A stretch of 64,000 nt of DNA from Octopus vulgaris (GCA_951406725.2 OX597836.1:17546001-17610000), one strand, 5' to 3'; positions 44,813-58,554 are shown, counted from the stretch's first letter. Translations and numbers: made by a program. Notes: generated by a model not told the origin, from the sequence alone.

Positions 44813-45001
44813 CATATGTAAATGTTTCTATGTGTGTGCTGGAAAGAATGTTGCACAACATTTGGCTTTAACGTTTAACAAATATTTTGCGTATTTGTTA
44901 AGCAGTCTCATGCATTTGATGGCGTTTGAGGGTGAAGTGGGGCAAGGTGCGGTGGGGTCAGATGTAATATCTCAGAAAGATATATATGTATATATATGTG
45001 A

Positions 45002-45041
<40 letters not shown>

Positions 45042-45079
45042 GAATGTATGTATGCATATATGTGTCTGCGTTTGAGTTT

Positions 45080-45555
45080 GGAGAGAGAGAGAGAGAGCGA
45101 GAGAAAGAGAAAGAAATAGAGAAAGAGTGAGAGAGAGAGAGGGGAAAGAGAGAGAGGGGAAGGAGAGATAGAGAGAGTGAGGGAAAGTGAGAGAGAGGGA
45201 AATAGAGAGAAAGATATAGAGAAAGAGCGAGGGAGAGAGGGAAAGAGAAAGAGCGAGAGAGAGAGAGAGAGAGAGGGAAAGAGAGAGGGAAAGAGAGAGA
45301 AAGAAATAGAATAAGTGCGAGAGTGAGAGCGGGAAAGAGAGAGAGGAAAGAGAGAGAGAGAGGGAAAGCGAAGAAAAGAAATAGAGAAAAAGCGAGAGAG
45401 AGAGAGAGTGAAAGAGGGTGAGAGAAAGAGGCAGAGAGAGTACAAGAAAAACACAGGGTGATTAGGAGGAGAAGAAGACAGTGTATGAGAGAAAGAAAGA
45501 GAGAAAGAAAGATGGGGAGAGACAGGAATAGGGGAAAGTGTGAAGGAGAGAGTAA
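45080..45555. repeat. ~470 bp degenerate (GA)n polypurine tract
   Basis: Direct reading. Confidence 0.9.
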
Positions 45556-46107
45556 AATGAAGGCCGACACTTCTACTATGATCGCAATCCTACGGACACT
45601 CTGTAGTGTTTCTGAAATTTCATGTTATGAAGATCAAAGGACATCAGTCGACGGTGAAGTGATGGGCTTCTTCTTTTTTTTACCTTCTAAAAAAACTGGT
45701 TTGAGCGGTTTTTGGTGTGTGTAAGCAGTAACCAAAGATGGCTACCAATCTAATTGCTTCAATAAGCATGTGGATTTCATCCAGGCGAATGTCAGGAGAT
45801 GGATTTGCAAGGGAGAGCACTTGGATCCAATAAGGGATTAATAGAACGAGAATCTCGTTAATGCATGCTGGCACTTAATGGATGCTGTCGATTTAGCTCA
45901 TAATTGATGCACTTAACCTCTCCGTGGTTCTCTCTTTGGCTCTCTCTCTCTCTCTCTCCGCATTTCTCCGTCATTCTTTCTTTGTAGTTCGAGCAGAACC
46001 CGATCTTTAATTCATTTACTGTCTATGCATGTATGTATGTATGCATGTATGCATGTATGCATGTATGTATGTATGTATGTATGTATGTATGTATGTATGT
46101 ATGTATG

Positions 46108-46170
<63 letters not shown>

Positions 46171-46255
46171 TTATTTATTTATCTATCTATCTATCTACCT
46201 ATCTATCTATCTGTCTGTCTGTCTATCTGCCTGTCTGTCTATCTATATATCTATC

Positions 46256-46307
<52 letters not shown>

Positions 46308-46309
46308 CC

Positions 46310-46359
<50 letters not shown>

Positions 46360-47200
46360 ACACACACATATATATATGTATATATATGTATTTATGCATT
46401 CATATATATATATATATATATATGTGTGTGACTAGCTAGATACGTACATAAATAAATGAATTCAATAGACATACACACATACATATTCACGCACATTCAC
46501 ACACATATGATGCCTTAACTCAATAAAGGACTTAGACCAGGTAATGAGCTGACTACTTGTTATCGTTTCATGGAAAGTGAATACAAAGTTTCGCACTATA
46601 TGTGGCTCGTTCACGTCGTTTGAAAAGCATATCACCAGCGCTATCAATATAATTTCTCTCTTTGTCTGTCTGTCTGTCTGTCTTCCTCTCTCCTAACGTA
46701 ACAAAGAATGACCTACGGGGCGTTTGCAGTTCCAAAGCTGACTACATATCTACTGTTTGGGGAGCCTATCATCTTTTATTCTAACGAAGTAGCTTGATCG
46801 TCTCACCTGTGTCTTCATTAAAAAGAGCTAAAATTCCTGTTATGCTACATCGTTGTCGAATTTCTCCTTTTCTAACCTGACCTCGCCATTTCATATCGCA
46901 GATTGTGCATGTATATATCGATATATTGATAGATATATGAAGGTGTATCGATGTCTTTATGTGTATTTTCCGCCATACGAGTTGATGTAGCATATAATTT
47001 GAGGTAGATTTTATTCAGTCAAAGGAATTCCGTTTTAGTCTTTACTCATCGCATGAGTCGACTCTCCCGCATAACCCATTCTGCCAGAGAGTTTTCTTTC
47101 TAATTATTTTTTTAATTGGATCGACATTGTTGTTCATTGATTTGTATAAAATAAACTATATAAATCATCCTATAGACACTATTATAGGCACCACTATTGG

Positions 47201-47309
47201 CACGTTTCGACTGGTTTACTCTCCAGCCTTCATCAGATGTCTTGGTAGAATTTTGAACCCAACCCTGTGTCCTAAGGTAATTTTTTTGCTGATGATATTA
47301 TTATTATTA

Positions 47310-47344
<35 letters not shown>

Positions 47345-47680
47345 GAACTCTCAATCTTGGAGTTAGTAGCCCGCACTTTTAACCATTACTCTATATGCCC
47401 GTGGGCAATTATAGAGTGAATTTTAGGACTTATAAACCTAGAGTTTTTGTACCATGTTTCGCCTTTGTATAACCTACCACAACTGCATGGGATGGAGGAC
47501 ACGCAGTCTTTTGTAATATTCTCTTCTATTGGTGGTTTTACCTTAGGAATGAGAACCCAGGGTTGGGTTCAAAATTCTACCTGGACACCTGATGAAGGCT
47601 GAAGAGTATATAAGTCGAAACTTTGAGGTAACAACAAACAATGAAGGACACATATCCATCCAATGTAAATAATGTAAATA
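47201..47680. mobile_element. Fold-back element: two inverted HHR-bearing arms around a tRNA-like head
   Basis: 47201-47280 is the inverted homologue of 47538-47624; CTGATGA..GAAAC in each arm; tRNA-like head on minus strand 47343-47400. Confidence 0.75.
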
Positions 47681-47709
47681 ATGTAACTAAAATTGTTTTC
47701 ATATCTCAT

Positions 47710-47884
47710 CACAGTAGGCCTCGGGTGTAAACAATCATGTACCGATACTATCTTTCAAAATCCTGCTGCATCTGACGGAACTTTTGGTCAGTAAAAGCCG
47801 TTTTGGTGTTTAAACCGGAGTACCGTTTATCTGGCTCTTAATTTTGGTCCGAAAAAATTCGACTTGTAGACCGGAAATGCAGTA
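47710..47884. mobile_element. Possible old pogo/Tc-type MITE remnant
   Basis: Right end cgacttgtagaccggaaatgcagta resembles a recalled TIR (cgacttatacaccggaaaatacggta); left end poorly conserved. Confidence 0.25.
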
Positions 47885-48406
47885 TCTACGAGTGTAATTA
47901 TGTACACGTATGAGTATTTCATGCATCTATGTGCGTGTGATGTACGTACCAGTTTGCAATACCAAGCACGAACGATCAGTTGTCTCTCACTAGCCAACAC
48001 TCGTCAAAATTGACATAAATTTCCATCTCGACAACCATAAACGAGAAACTGTTTTCTTTTATATATCTTTAAATGTCGGTTGAATTGCTGACGGAAAACA
48101 CATGTAGGAACGACAATTGTCTTAATAGCTGAAGGCTTAGGTGTCATTCGAGCGAAAATTAGTACACAAACAGCAGCAGCAGCAGCAACAGTAGTAGTAG
48201 ATTCTTCTTCTTCTTCTTCTTCTTCTTCTTCTTCTTCTTCTTCTTCTTCTTCTTCTCTTCTTCCTTTTCTTCTTCTTCTTCTTCTTCTTCTTCTTCTTCT
48301 TCTTCTTCTTCTCCTCTTTCCTCTTCTTCTTCTCCCCCTCTTCTTCTTCTTCTTCTTCTCATTCTTCTTCTTCCTCTCCTCCTTCCTCTTCTTCTTCTCC
48401 CCCTCT

Positions 48407-48441
<35 letters not shown>

Positions 48442-49258
48442 TCCCCCTCTTCTTCTTCTTCTTCTTCTTCTCCTCCCCTCTTCTTCTTCCCCATCTTTTT
48501 CTTCTTCTTCTTCTACTTCTTCTTCTTCTTCTTTCTTCTTCTTCTTCTGCTTCTTCTCCTCCTTCCTCTTCTTCATCTCCCTCATCTTCTCCTTCTTCTT
48601 CTTCTTCATCTTCTTCTTCTTCTCCTCCTCCTTCTTCTTCTTCTCCCTCATCTTCTTCTTCTTCTTCTTCTTCTTCTTCTTCTTCTTCTTCCTCTTTCTC
48701 TTCTTCTTCTTCTTCTTCTTCTTCTTCTTCTTCTTCTGCTTCTTCTCCTCCTTCCTCTTCTTCATCTCCCTCATCTTCTCCTTCTTCTTCTTCTTCATCT
48801 TCTTCTTCTTCTCCTCCTCCTTCTTCTTCTTCTCCTCATCTTCTTCTTCTTCTTCTTCTTCTTCTTCTTCTTCTTCCTCTTTCTCTTCTTCTTCTTCTTC
48901 TTCTTCTTCTTCTTCTTCTTCTTCTTCTTCTGCTCCTCCTCCTCCTTCTCGTACTCGTCCCCCACCATACACCTCTCCTATTCTCTGTCTCCTGTCTCAC
49001 GAACCCCATCCTTTTCTCTACAACTCCGGTGATTCTAATTAGAAAGTTGATGTCTAAATGAGATTAGGATATAACAAAATAACCAGCGAAAATGCTTTAC
49101 AGCGTTCATGTTCATACGTACATACATACATACATACATACATACATACATACGTACATACATACATACATACATACATACATACATACATACATACATA
49201 CATACATACATACATACGTACATACATACACACATACATACATACATACATACGTACA

Positions 49259-49292
<34 letters not shown>

Positions 49293-49398
49293 AACATATA
49301 TTTATGCTTACACACACACACACGAACATGTATATATATGTTTATCTATAAACATACATATATACATATCTGTATGTTTCTCTCCTTCTCTCTCTCTT

Positions 49399-49450
<52 letters not shown>

Positions 49451-49460
49451 CATATACATA

Positions 49461-49501
<41 letters not shown>

Positions 49502-49556
49502 ACATATATATGTATATATATATATGCATGTATATATATATATATATATATGCATG

Positions 49557-49609
<53 letters not shown>

Positions 49610-49855
49610 CACACATGTACATATACATATGGAGATTGAATGAGGTGATAGAAAATAAAGTTTTATTTAAATGTAGTAAATAATTGAAGACTGTTGCCAC
49701 TCCCGGAATATAGTGTTATTTATATATACGTATACAGGATTCGATATATAAATGCCCCCCCACCACCACCATCACCACTACCACCACCACCACCATACAT
49801 ATATACACGGTGAATAGAAATGTGTATATATATACTTTCATTTCTACTCACTGTG

Positions 49856-49907
<52 letters not shown>

Positions 49908-50077
49908 AGTGTGTACAAACACACACACGTACGCACACACGTACACACAGACACACAACACACACACATATGTGTATATATATGTATATATGTATATATA
50001 TGTATATATGTATATATGTATATATATATGCATATATGTAAGCACATACAGATATACATATATGTATGTATATATGT

Positions 50078-50117
<40 letters not shown>

Positions 50118-51147
50118 CATTTGTATTCACTGTAAGAAATGTGAGCCATCAAAATGCGTTAAGTCGCTGCCCCCCCACACTTCCAAGTCTATAGTTGAAA
50201 CATGAAAACAAATATCAACAACAGAAATTATAGCGTTGTTAAGAAATCTAAATAACAGTAATTGAGGAAAATTCTAATTACACAAACCCTCCACCCCCAC
50301 CGTTACCATCAGCACTACCAACACGCTCTACCACCCGTTACTACACCTACCACCACCACCACCACCACCACCACTACTACCACCATCGCCACCACCACAA
50401 CCACCACCACAACCACCACCACCACCACCACCACCATCACTACTATCACCACCACCACCTCTACCATCGCCACTAATATCACCCCACTACTATCACTTCA
50501 GTCACTAATATCTCTGGCAGGAGTTCCACCACCCTTTCCACCTGCACCACGCTCATCCCCACCGCCGTGCTCTTCCACATCATGGCTATCACGATTTACC
50601 AAGTTGTCGCCACCACTCTCCTCTCCGCGTGTCACCTAAAACTAAAAACATGCCGTAGATTACTAGTAAGCGACGTGTCATAGATTCCTGAAGTAGTTGC
50701 CAAGTCTCCGCCAAAACATGTCGAACGGTACAATAGTTTGAACATATGGCGGAACGGTCATGTTTGGATTGTGCTTGCTCACAGTCCTGCTCGATGAGTA
50801 TTTTATTTGAGGCGCACCAACACCACCACCACCACCACCACCAACACTAGCACCACCACCGCCACCGCCACCACTGCCACGACGACGACGACCACCACTA
50901 TCACCACCAACACCATATTACCATCACTACCACCACGATTACTGTAAGCACCACAACCACCTGCCACTACCGCTATCACCAGTACCACTAGTGCCACCAC
51001 CACCACACACCACCACTACTATTCCCAGAACCACCAACATCTCTTGCATTATCATCATTAATTAAGTACGTTAATTAGCTATCTTTAAAAAAAATTAGTT
51101 GTCAAATAACCTTCTAATCACACTAAATTCCCTTATGAAATGAGGAC

Positions 51148-51810
51148 GGGCGCAGGTGTGGATGTGTGGTAAGAAGCTTGCTCCTTAACCACATAGTTCC
51201 GAGTTCAGTCCCACTGCGTGGCACCTTGGGCAAGTGTCTTCTGCTATAGCCTCGGGCCGACCAAAAACCTTGTGAGTGGAGTTGGCAGGTGGAAACTAAA
51301 AGAAGCCTGTCGTAATACTCTTACTCTCTTTTACTCTTTTACTTGTTTCAGTCATTTCACTGCGGCCATACTGGAGCACCGCCTTTAATCGAGCAACTTG
51401 ACCCCAGGACTTATTCTTTTGTAAGCCCAGTACTTATTCTATCGGTCTCTTTTGCCGGACCGCTAAGTTACGGGGACGTAAACACACCAGCATTGGTTGT
51501 CAAGCAATGCTAGGGGGACAGACACACACACATATATATATACATATATACGACAGGCTTCTTTCAGTTTCCGTCTACCAAATCCACTCACAAGGCTTTG
51601 GTCTACATACATACATATATATATTTGTATATATGTATGTATGTTTGTAGCTGTGTTTGTTCCCCCACCATCGCTTGACAATCGATAGAATAAGTACTAG
51701 GCTTACAAAGAATAAGTCATAGGGCCCATTGCTTTGACTGAAAACCGTTTAAGGCGGTGCTCTAGCAAGACCGCAGTCGAAATGACTGAAACAAGTAAAA
51801 AAATAAAAGA
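51148..51810. mobile_element. SINE A (+) interrupted by an antisense SINE A (51316-51603)
   Basis: Plus-strand head 51148-51315, minus copy, then plus-strand 3' part 51630-51810. Confidence 0.8.
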
Positions 51811-51915
51811 ATAATATACGCGGAAAGAACCGCGAAACAGAAAAACGGATTTCTGCGACTGTAATGTCTTTGACCACAGATTTCCTGTACCAGGACTTTC
51901 CCGTGACTAAACTGC

Positions 51916-51961
<46 letters not shown>

Positions 51962-52039
51962 CTGCAACAACAACAACCACAGCAACAATAGCCACTGCTG
52001 AAATAATACCAACAGGAACAACAAAAACTGCATCAGCTC

Positions 52040-52190
52040 CAGTACTTGCTTGGTGGTTCTTTTATCGACCCTGAAAGGATATAAGGTAAAATCAACCTCG
52101 CCGGAATTTGAACGCAGAAAATAAAGGCGGATGAAATGCCGCTAAGTATTTTGCCAGGTGTGCTAACGATTCTGCCAACTCGCTGCCTGT
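52040..52190 (-). mobile_element. SINE family B, diverged
   Basis: atcgaccctgaaaggat...ggaatttgaac...aacgattctgccaactcgc. Confidence 0.75.
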
Positions 52191-52769
52191 TTGGTAACAA
52201 GAATTACTACAAGGCAGCAACAGTAACTGCAAGAAAAAGAAGGGGAAGGAGAAGGAAGAGTAGGGGGAGAAGAAGAAGAGGAAGAAGAGAAAGAAGATGA
52301 AGAAGAGGAAGAAGAAGGCGAAGGAGGAGAAGAAGAAGACGAAGAAGAAGAAGGCGAAGGAGGAGAAGAAGAAGAAGAAGGCGAAGGAGAAGAAGAAGGC
52401 GAAGGAGGAGAAGAAGAAGAGGAAGAAGACGGAGGAGAAGAAGAAGTAGCAGAAGGAGAAGAGAGGAAAGAAAGGAACAACAACAATAGCAGCAGCAGCA
52501 GCACCAGCAGCAGCACCAGCAGCAGCACCAGCAGCAGCAGCAGCAGCGGAAACAACAAAAGCAACAATAGCAACAAGAGGAAGAATAACAACATAGAGAG
52601 GATCAAAACATTTCTAACTTTAACAACAACAACAACAACAACAACAATTAAAACAACTTCAATAGCGACAAGTTTGAATAATCATAATTCTGTCACACAC
52701 AGAGACACAATGGCGACCATTTTACAAGTTGCGCAAAACAAAGGTGTTTATTAACAACTACACCAGTAA

Positions 52770-52965
52770 CATCACCACCTTCACAGCCACCACCACCTTC
52801 ACATCCACCACCACTTTCACAGCCACCACCTTAACAGTCACCACCACCTAGACAGCTACCCCTACCATCACAGCTACCACCACCTTGACAGCCACCACTA
52901 CCTTCACAGCCACCACCACCACCACCAACAACAACAATAACAACACTACCAGCACCAGCACCAGC

Positions 52966-52996
<31 letters not shown>

Positions 52997-53259
52997 CCAC
53001 CACCATCATGAACACCACCACCACCATCACTGTTTCTACCACCCTCATCACTACCACCACAACTACTGCTACCACCACTATTCCAACACCAACAGTACCG
53101 ACACTTACTAACCGCTTAACACTCACTACCACCACCATCATCACCACCGTCCATGCCACCACCACCACCACCACCACCACTAGCACCAAAACAACTAGCC
53201 TCACAACCGCCACTACTACTATCACCACCACCACAACCACCACCACCACAACCAGCACC

Positions 53260-53306
<47 letters not shown>

Positions 53307-53330
53307 CAACAACAACACCATCATCGCCAC
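52770..53330. repeat. (CAC/CAA)n low-complexity tract
   Basis: Direct reading; similar tracts at 50330-50490 and 50815-51030. Confidence 0.9.
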
Positions 53331-53930
53331 GAACAGCGATAAAAATCAGTAAAAAAGATATGAAAAGTTTTTAAAATCCAACAAAATCAATAAGTAAAAA
53401 CAAAAGATAAGAACAGCAACAAGAAGAACAATATCAAAAACATCAACAACAGCAGCAACAATTCTCACGAAAAAAAAACAACAAAAACACAAAAAAAAGA
53501 CAAAAAACAAAACAACGACCATCGCCGCAAGGAGAACAGAGCAACCAGAAAAACAACAACAACAACAACGAAAGGGGCAAAGGCAACAATAACAACAACA
53601 ATAATGATAGCAACAATAACAACTGCAGACCCCCAGTAATAACAAATAAATATAAAAAAGCAACAAAAGACATATGAAAAAGAAAAAGAACAACAACAAT
53701 AGTAATAATAGCTTAAAAGACAACGGCGATTGAAGCGACAACAACAACAACAACAACAACCATAAACATAACACAAACATTAATAATAAAAATAATAAAA
53801 AATAACAAAACAATTAAATCACAACAAATCGATAATTAACGTGAAAATGGCGATATATACTGTACATACATGCATACGTACATAAACCTCAAAAATTAAT
53901 GGCTTTGAAACATTAGAACGATACACACAC

Positions 53931-54014
<84 letters not shown>

Positions 54015-54019
54015 CATAT

Positions 54020-54175
54020 ACCGGAGTAAACACATAAATGTGAAACAAGGTGGAAAAATGAGTACTCAAATACCAGTGGTAGAGTAATATGCTTTATTTA
54101 AAGCAGCAGAAAATTCAACAAAATCTGTTACTCTGAGTTTCTCGTTGCCGTTCATCAGACAGTTTTTGCTAGAAT
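54020..54175 (-). mobile_element. Penelope-type remnant with HHR at 54125-54162
   Basis: Minus strand CTGT-CTGATGA-ACG(GCAA)CGA-GAAA-CTCAGAG-TA-ACAG. Confidence 0.72.
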
Positions 54176-54642
54176 GGAACCGATATATCAATTCAATACA
54201 GACTCTTACAAACGCTACACCTTTAACAAAATGGACTTGTTTGATTGGCCCTTTAGAAATAACGGTCAATCTTCGAGCGATAAACAAAAAATGAGCTCAA
54301 AAATATATGTATATATATATATATACAAATATTATACGCGCACACACAGATGTTTGTGTGAGTGAGTGTGTGTGTGTGTGAATAAATATAAGAGGGCTAG
54401 CTGGGATATTCGCTACTGAGATTCGGTTTTACGCTTTGAGTTTCATCATTTCGGAAGCTGATAAAATAAGTGCTAGTTGAGCACTGGGGTCGATGTGATC
54501 GACCAATCACTGCCCCTCATCCCAAAATTTCTGATGAGGTTAGTAAGGTAAAACTCCAGCGTTAATACCTCAATGGAATTATTTTATATATATTATATAT
54601 ATATAAACACACGCACACACACACTCGCACACAATCACACAA

Positions 54643-54674
<32 letters not shown>

Positions 54675-54685
54675 GTATGTATATA

Positions 54686-54779
<94 letters not shown>

Positions 54780-54844
54780 CACATACATACATACATACAT
54801 ACATACATACATACATACATACACGCATATATATATATATATAT

Positions 54845-54974
54845 ATTTGTCGGTCCAGTTGCCTGAAGCTACTAGATTTGTTGTGTATATGAGTAAAATG
54901 GTTACATGTTTCTCTAGGTGTGGCTAAATTGTGCATCGTCTCTGATGAGAATGCAACAAGGTTGGAAAATCGAC
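54845..54974 (+). repeat. 130 bp direct repeat, copy 1 (copy 2 at 57094-57223)
   Basis: Two mismatches by eye; both copies directly follow (TA)n. Confidence 0.9.
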
Positions 54975-55054
54975 TAAGGCTGGTCATCATTTCCATTCCA
55001 CAGACAAGTAGTTAAATGTGCCGTGTTTATGTTCCTCCAGAAAAGGTTACATCC

Positions 55055-55124
<70 letters not shown>

Positions 55125-55320
55125 TTATTTTATTCAATTTTTTTTGTTTTTTTTTTTGTTTTTGTTCTTTTCTTCCCTTTTACGATCCCTCTTGATCGAA
55201 AACCTACGCCACCCCCCTTTTTTTTTCTTTTGTTTTTTGTTCTCTTCATCCCCCAAAAGAAAAGCTCTACCTTGTAACTTGTCCCATCTGTGTGCAGCCC
55301 TGTGTGGCCAATAAAGAAAC

Positions 55321-55472
<152 letters not shown>

Positions 55473-55473
55473 G

Positions 55474-55505
<32 letters not shown>

Positions 55506-55604
55506 GATCTGTCACGTCTGTGTTCAGCTCTGTGTGGCTAATAAAGAAACATATCTATCCATCTGTCTGTCTGTCTGTCTGTCTGTATCTCTGTCTGTCG
55601 GCTC

Positions 55605-55657
<53 letters not shown>

Positions 55658-56876
55658 CCTATCTATCTATCTATCTACCTGTCTGTCTGTCTGTTTGTCT
55701 GCCTATCGATCGATCGATTGGTCTATCTATATTAACATATACGCAAAGAACATGCGAGGGCGCATAGCTTTGTGGTTAGGGCGTTGCACTCACACGATCG
55801 GGGTTTCATTTCCTGGACCGGGCGACGTGTTGTGTGCTTTCTTTCTTTGATCTGTTTTTAGAGTCTCTGAATCTCCTCCTTAAACCTGTTCCGTTTTGCA
55901 ATAAGTTTTTTGTTTTATGGAAACATTCCAGTATTTCATATCGTTTAGTGAAAAATCCAGTCTTTACATGTTCACAAACAAGAAAACATTTAGTAATCTA
56001 TCAATATAATAAATGGTTTGTTTCCTTCACAACAAAGGCTTTTTTTTATCACAGTTTTCCACTAGCAACACGTCTATATCTTTTATCTTTTACTCGTTTC
56101 ATTCATTGGACTGCGACCATCGTGGGGTGTCATCTTCAAGGGTTTAATCCAGGGCTTCTCAAATATATTTTTTTATCTATGAACTCCTTTGATTACTATA
56201 TTATTCTGGTGGAGTCTCATCACCATTCGATGTTTATAAATGAGTTTCGTGGAAACTTTCAAAATTCCAAATTTGTCTTTCACACATTAACTTGTGTAGG
56301 TTGAGCTATGTAAGATGTTCGAGAAAGAAACCTGTTTGGGTCCTGCAATACATACCAATACTACGTCTAAAGCAAAGGTTTTTTTTCAGGGGCCTTTAAA
56401 ATACTATTTTGTTGCATCGATCCCCCAATAAATCATATATGGAAACTCAGGGACGATATGGACTCCGGTTGTGAACCACTGGTTTAACCAAACAACTGGC
56501 TGGTACATATATCATTTTCGTTCTCCAAATTACGGGGATGTAAACAAACCAACACCGGTTGGCAAGCGATGGTGCACGAGAAGGCTAACAAATACTTAAA
56601 GACAAATACACACTCACACACACACATACATAGTACATACGTTCACACAGGCATATATGTATATATGATGCATGACCCAAGATGTTATTTTGGTCGTGTT
56701 TCGTCCGTGCCTGCCCAGAGTCTTCAGATAAGCTACGACTCAAACTACAGTTGTAACTTGTCTGAGAAAACCATGTACCCCCACTGGCGAAAGTTTGAGT
56801 GGTAAGAGACTGTCTCGACCAAAGTAAAATATTACTATGGATTCAAGTACTATTTTTCTCTGACAGTCAGCACTAA

Positions 56877-56937
<61 letters not shown>

Positions 56938-56964
56938 ATCCATATATATATATATATATATAAA

Positions 56965-57085
56965 TAAAACAAATCTTTTACGTTCCGAGCCTACGCTCTT
57001 CGACAGAAAGATACACAGAAAAGAAACACGGAAAGAAACAGGGAGGGAAAAAAATGCGTGCAGAAGCTAGCGAATCAACATGGCG
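56965..57085 (-). mobile_element. Penelope-type remnant, U6-variant HHR with GAAA mutated to GGAA
   Basis: Homologous to 41310-41430. Confidence 0.7.
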
Positions 57086-57239
57086 ATATATATATTTGTC
57101 GGTCTAGTTGCCTGAAGCTACTAGATTTGTTGTGTATATGAGTAAAATGGTTACATGTTTCTCTAGGTGTGGCTAAATTGTGCATCATCTCTGATGAGAA
57201 TGCAACAAGGTTGGAAAATCGACCTTAACTATATATATA

Positions 57240-57460
57240 TAGTTAATCCAAACACGAAAACACAAAGAGAAAACAACAACGCGAGAACGTGGAACAAGTA
57301 TAGTGTTATTGGACGGTCAGGAAAGGAAAGAAAGAAGGAGGATTTAACGTTTCGAGCGGAGCTCTTCTTCAGAAACATAGGAAACGGAAAGATCCAAGGA
57401 AGGGAAGACGGAGGGAAAAAATCGCCAACGATACACATGCGGTCACATTTTGAATGACCG
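57240..57460 (-). mobile_element. Penelope-type remnant with canonical-core HHR (57342-57376)
   Basis: Minus strand GTTT-CTGAAGA-A-GAGC(TCC)GCTC-GAAA-CG-TT-AAAT; short inverted end cggtca...tgaccg. Confidence 0.75.
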
Positions 57461-57745
57461 TGTGTGTGTGTGTGTGAGTGTGTGTGTGTGTGTACGGATG
57501 TGTATAAATATATATTTTTATAAACATTGACGCATCGAGTGAGTTGAAATTTTTTAGAAATGAAGATTATCTCGGACGCAGGAAAGTAACTGCGAAAACA
57601 GGTTTAGAAATCGGGTAAAACTACCCCTGTAAAGGGTGAGGGGTGTAAAAGCAAGTAACTTGTTACAGAGAATCAAACTTTACACTCTGAAATACTGGAG
57701 GACGGGCTCTGTACCAGTGAGTTAAATGAGCCTTGACAACCAATC

Positions 57746-57944
57746 CTGTCTTTTATAATGCTAAATAACGCTTTTGAAATGTGAGAACATTTTTATAAAC
57801 AAATATTGGAACCGCGTTTGCGTCGACATATTTAGGGGGATCAAAAAATCTCGAACGTAGGAGAATAATTGTGATGGCAGCTTTAGAGAACCGGGTAAAT
57901 ATTCCCACATTTCAAAAGTTATTATCTAGCGTTATAAAGGACTG
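57746..57944. mobile_element. MITE-like element with ~47 bp imperfect TIRs
   Basis: ctgtcttttataatgctaaataacgcttttgaaatgtgagaacattt versus reverse complement cagtcctttataacgctagataataacttttgaaatgtgggaatattt. Confidence 0.65.
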
Positions 57945-58554
57945 AACTCGAAACCATCTTTTAGCAAGGTGAGTTCCTTAAATGCAAAGCCACGCTTGCT
58001 TGCTCGTATATATCGAATAGAATTCGTAATTCTCATAGATACAACGGAATTTTTATTGTGGGGCATGAAGTTGCTTTCGCAATAAAATATTTGGGTAAAA
58101 GATTTCAGTATTTCAACAATCTCAGTAAGCGAACATATTACGCATCGAAGAATTCTTCCTCGTAAACTGTTCCTTAAAGTCATCAATGTTTATTGAATTG
58201 TCGAAGATGAGAAAGAAGAGGCAAGAGATGTTCTCTAGAATCCTTTGTGGTCTATAAATCCTGATATTCTTGTGCAAAGGAATCATGAATTACGGCCAGA
58301 TATTATTGGAAGACAAACGGTAGATGGCTACAATGCAAACACACAGCTGCATCATTTTTCAGATTTTTGATTCCTTCTAGCGAACAGTTTCCGTCAAAAT
58401 ACCAAAGACAAAAGCTTCATAGATGCATCACGTTCAAATATTTGAAGTCTAATTTATTTTGACATTCAATGGAGACGCGATATATCAGAAGTGCAGATCA
58501 ATAGATCGATGCCTTCCTTTGATGATTATCTGATTTATCACAGAATGGTGTCTT

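Noticed and set aside
48004-48972. 322 aa Glu/Lys/Arg-rich ORF
   Set aside because: (GAA)n microsatellite; neighbouring frames are similarly open and no domain is present
52885-53352. Thr-rich mucin-like ORF
   Set aside because: (CAC/CAA)n tract with no signal peptide or splice support
54938-54974. CTGATGA...GAAA in the 130 bp repeat as a hammerhead
   Set aside because: Stem II is offset by five unpaired bases, there is no room for stem III, and stem I is disrupted in the second copy
55834-56304. 156 aa non-repetitive-looking ORF
   Set aside because: Spans a SINE fragment near 56085-56150 and AT-rich decayed sequence; no recognisable domain
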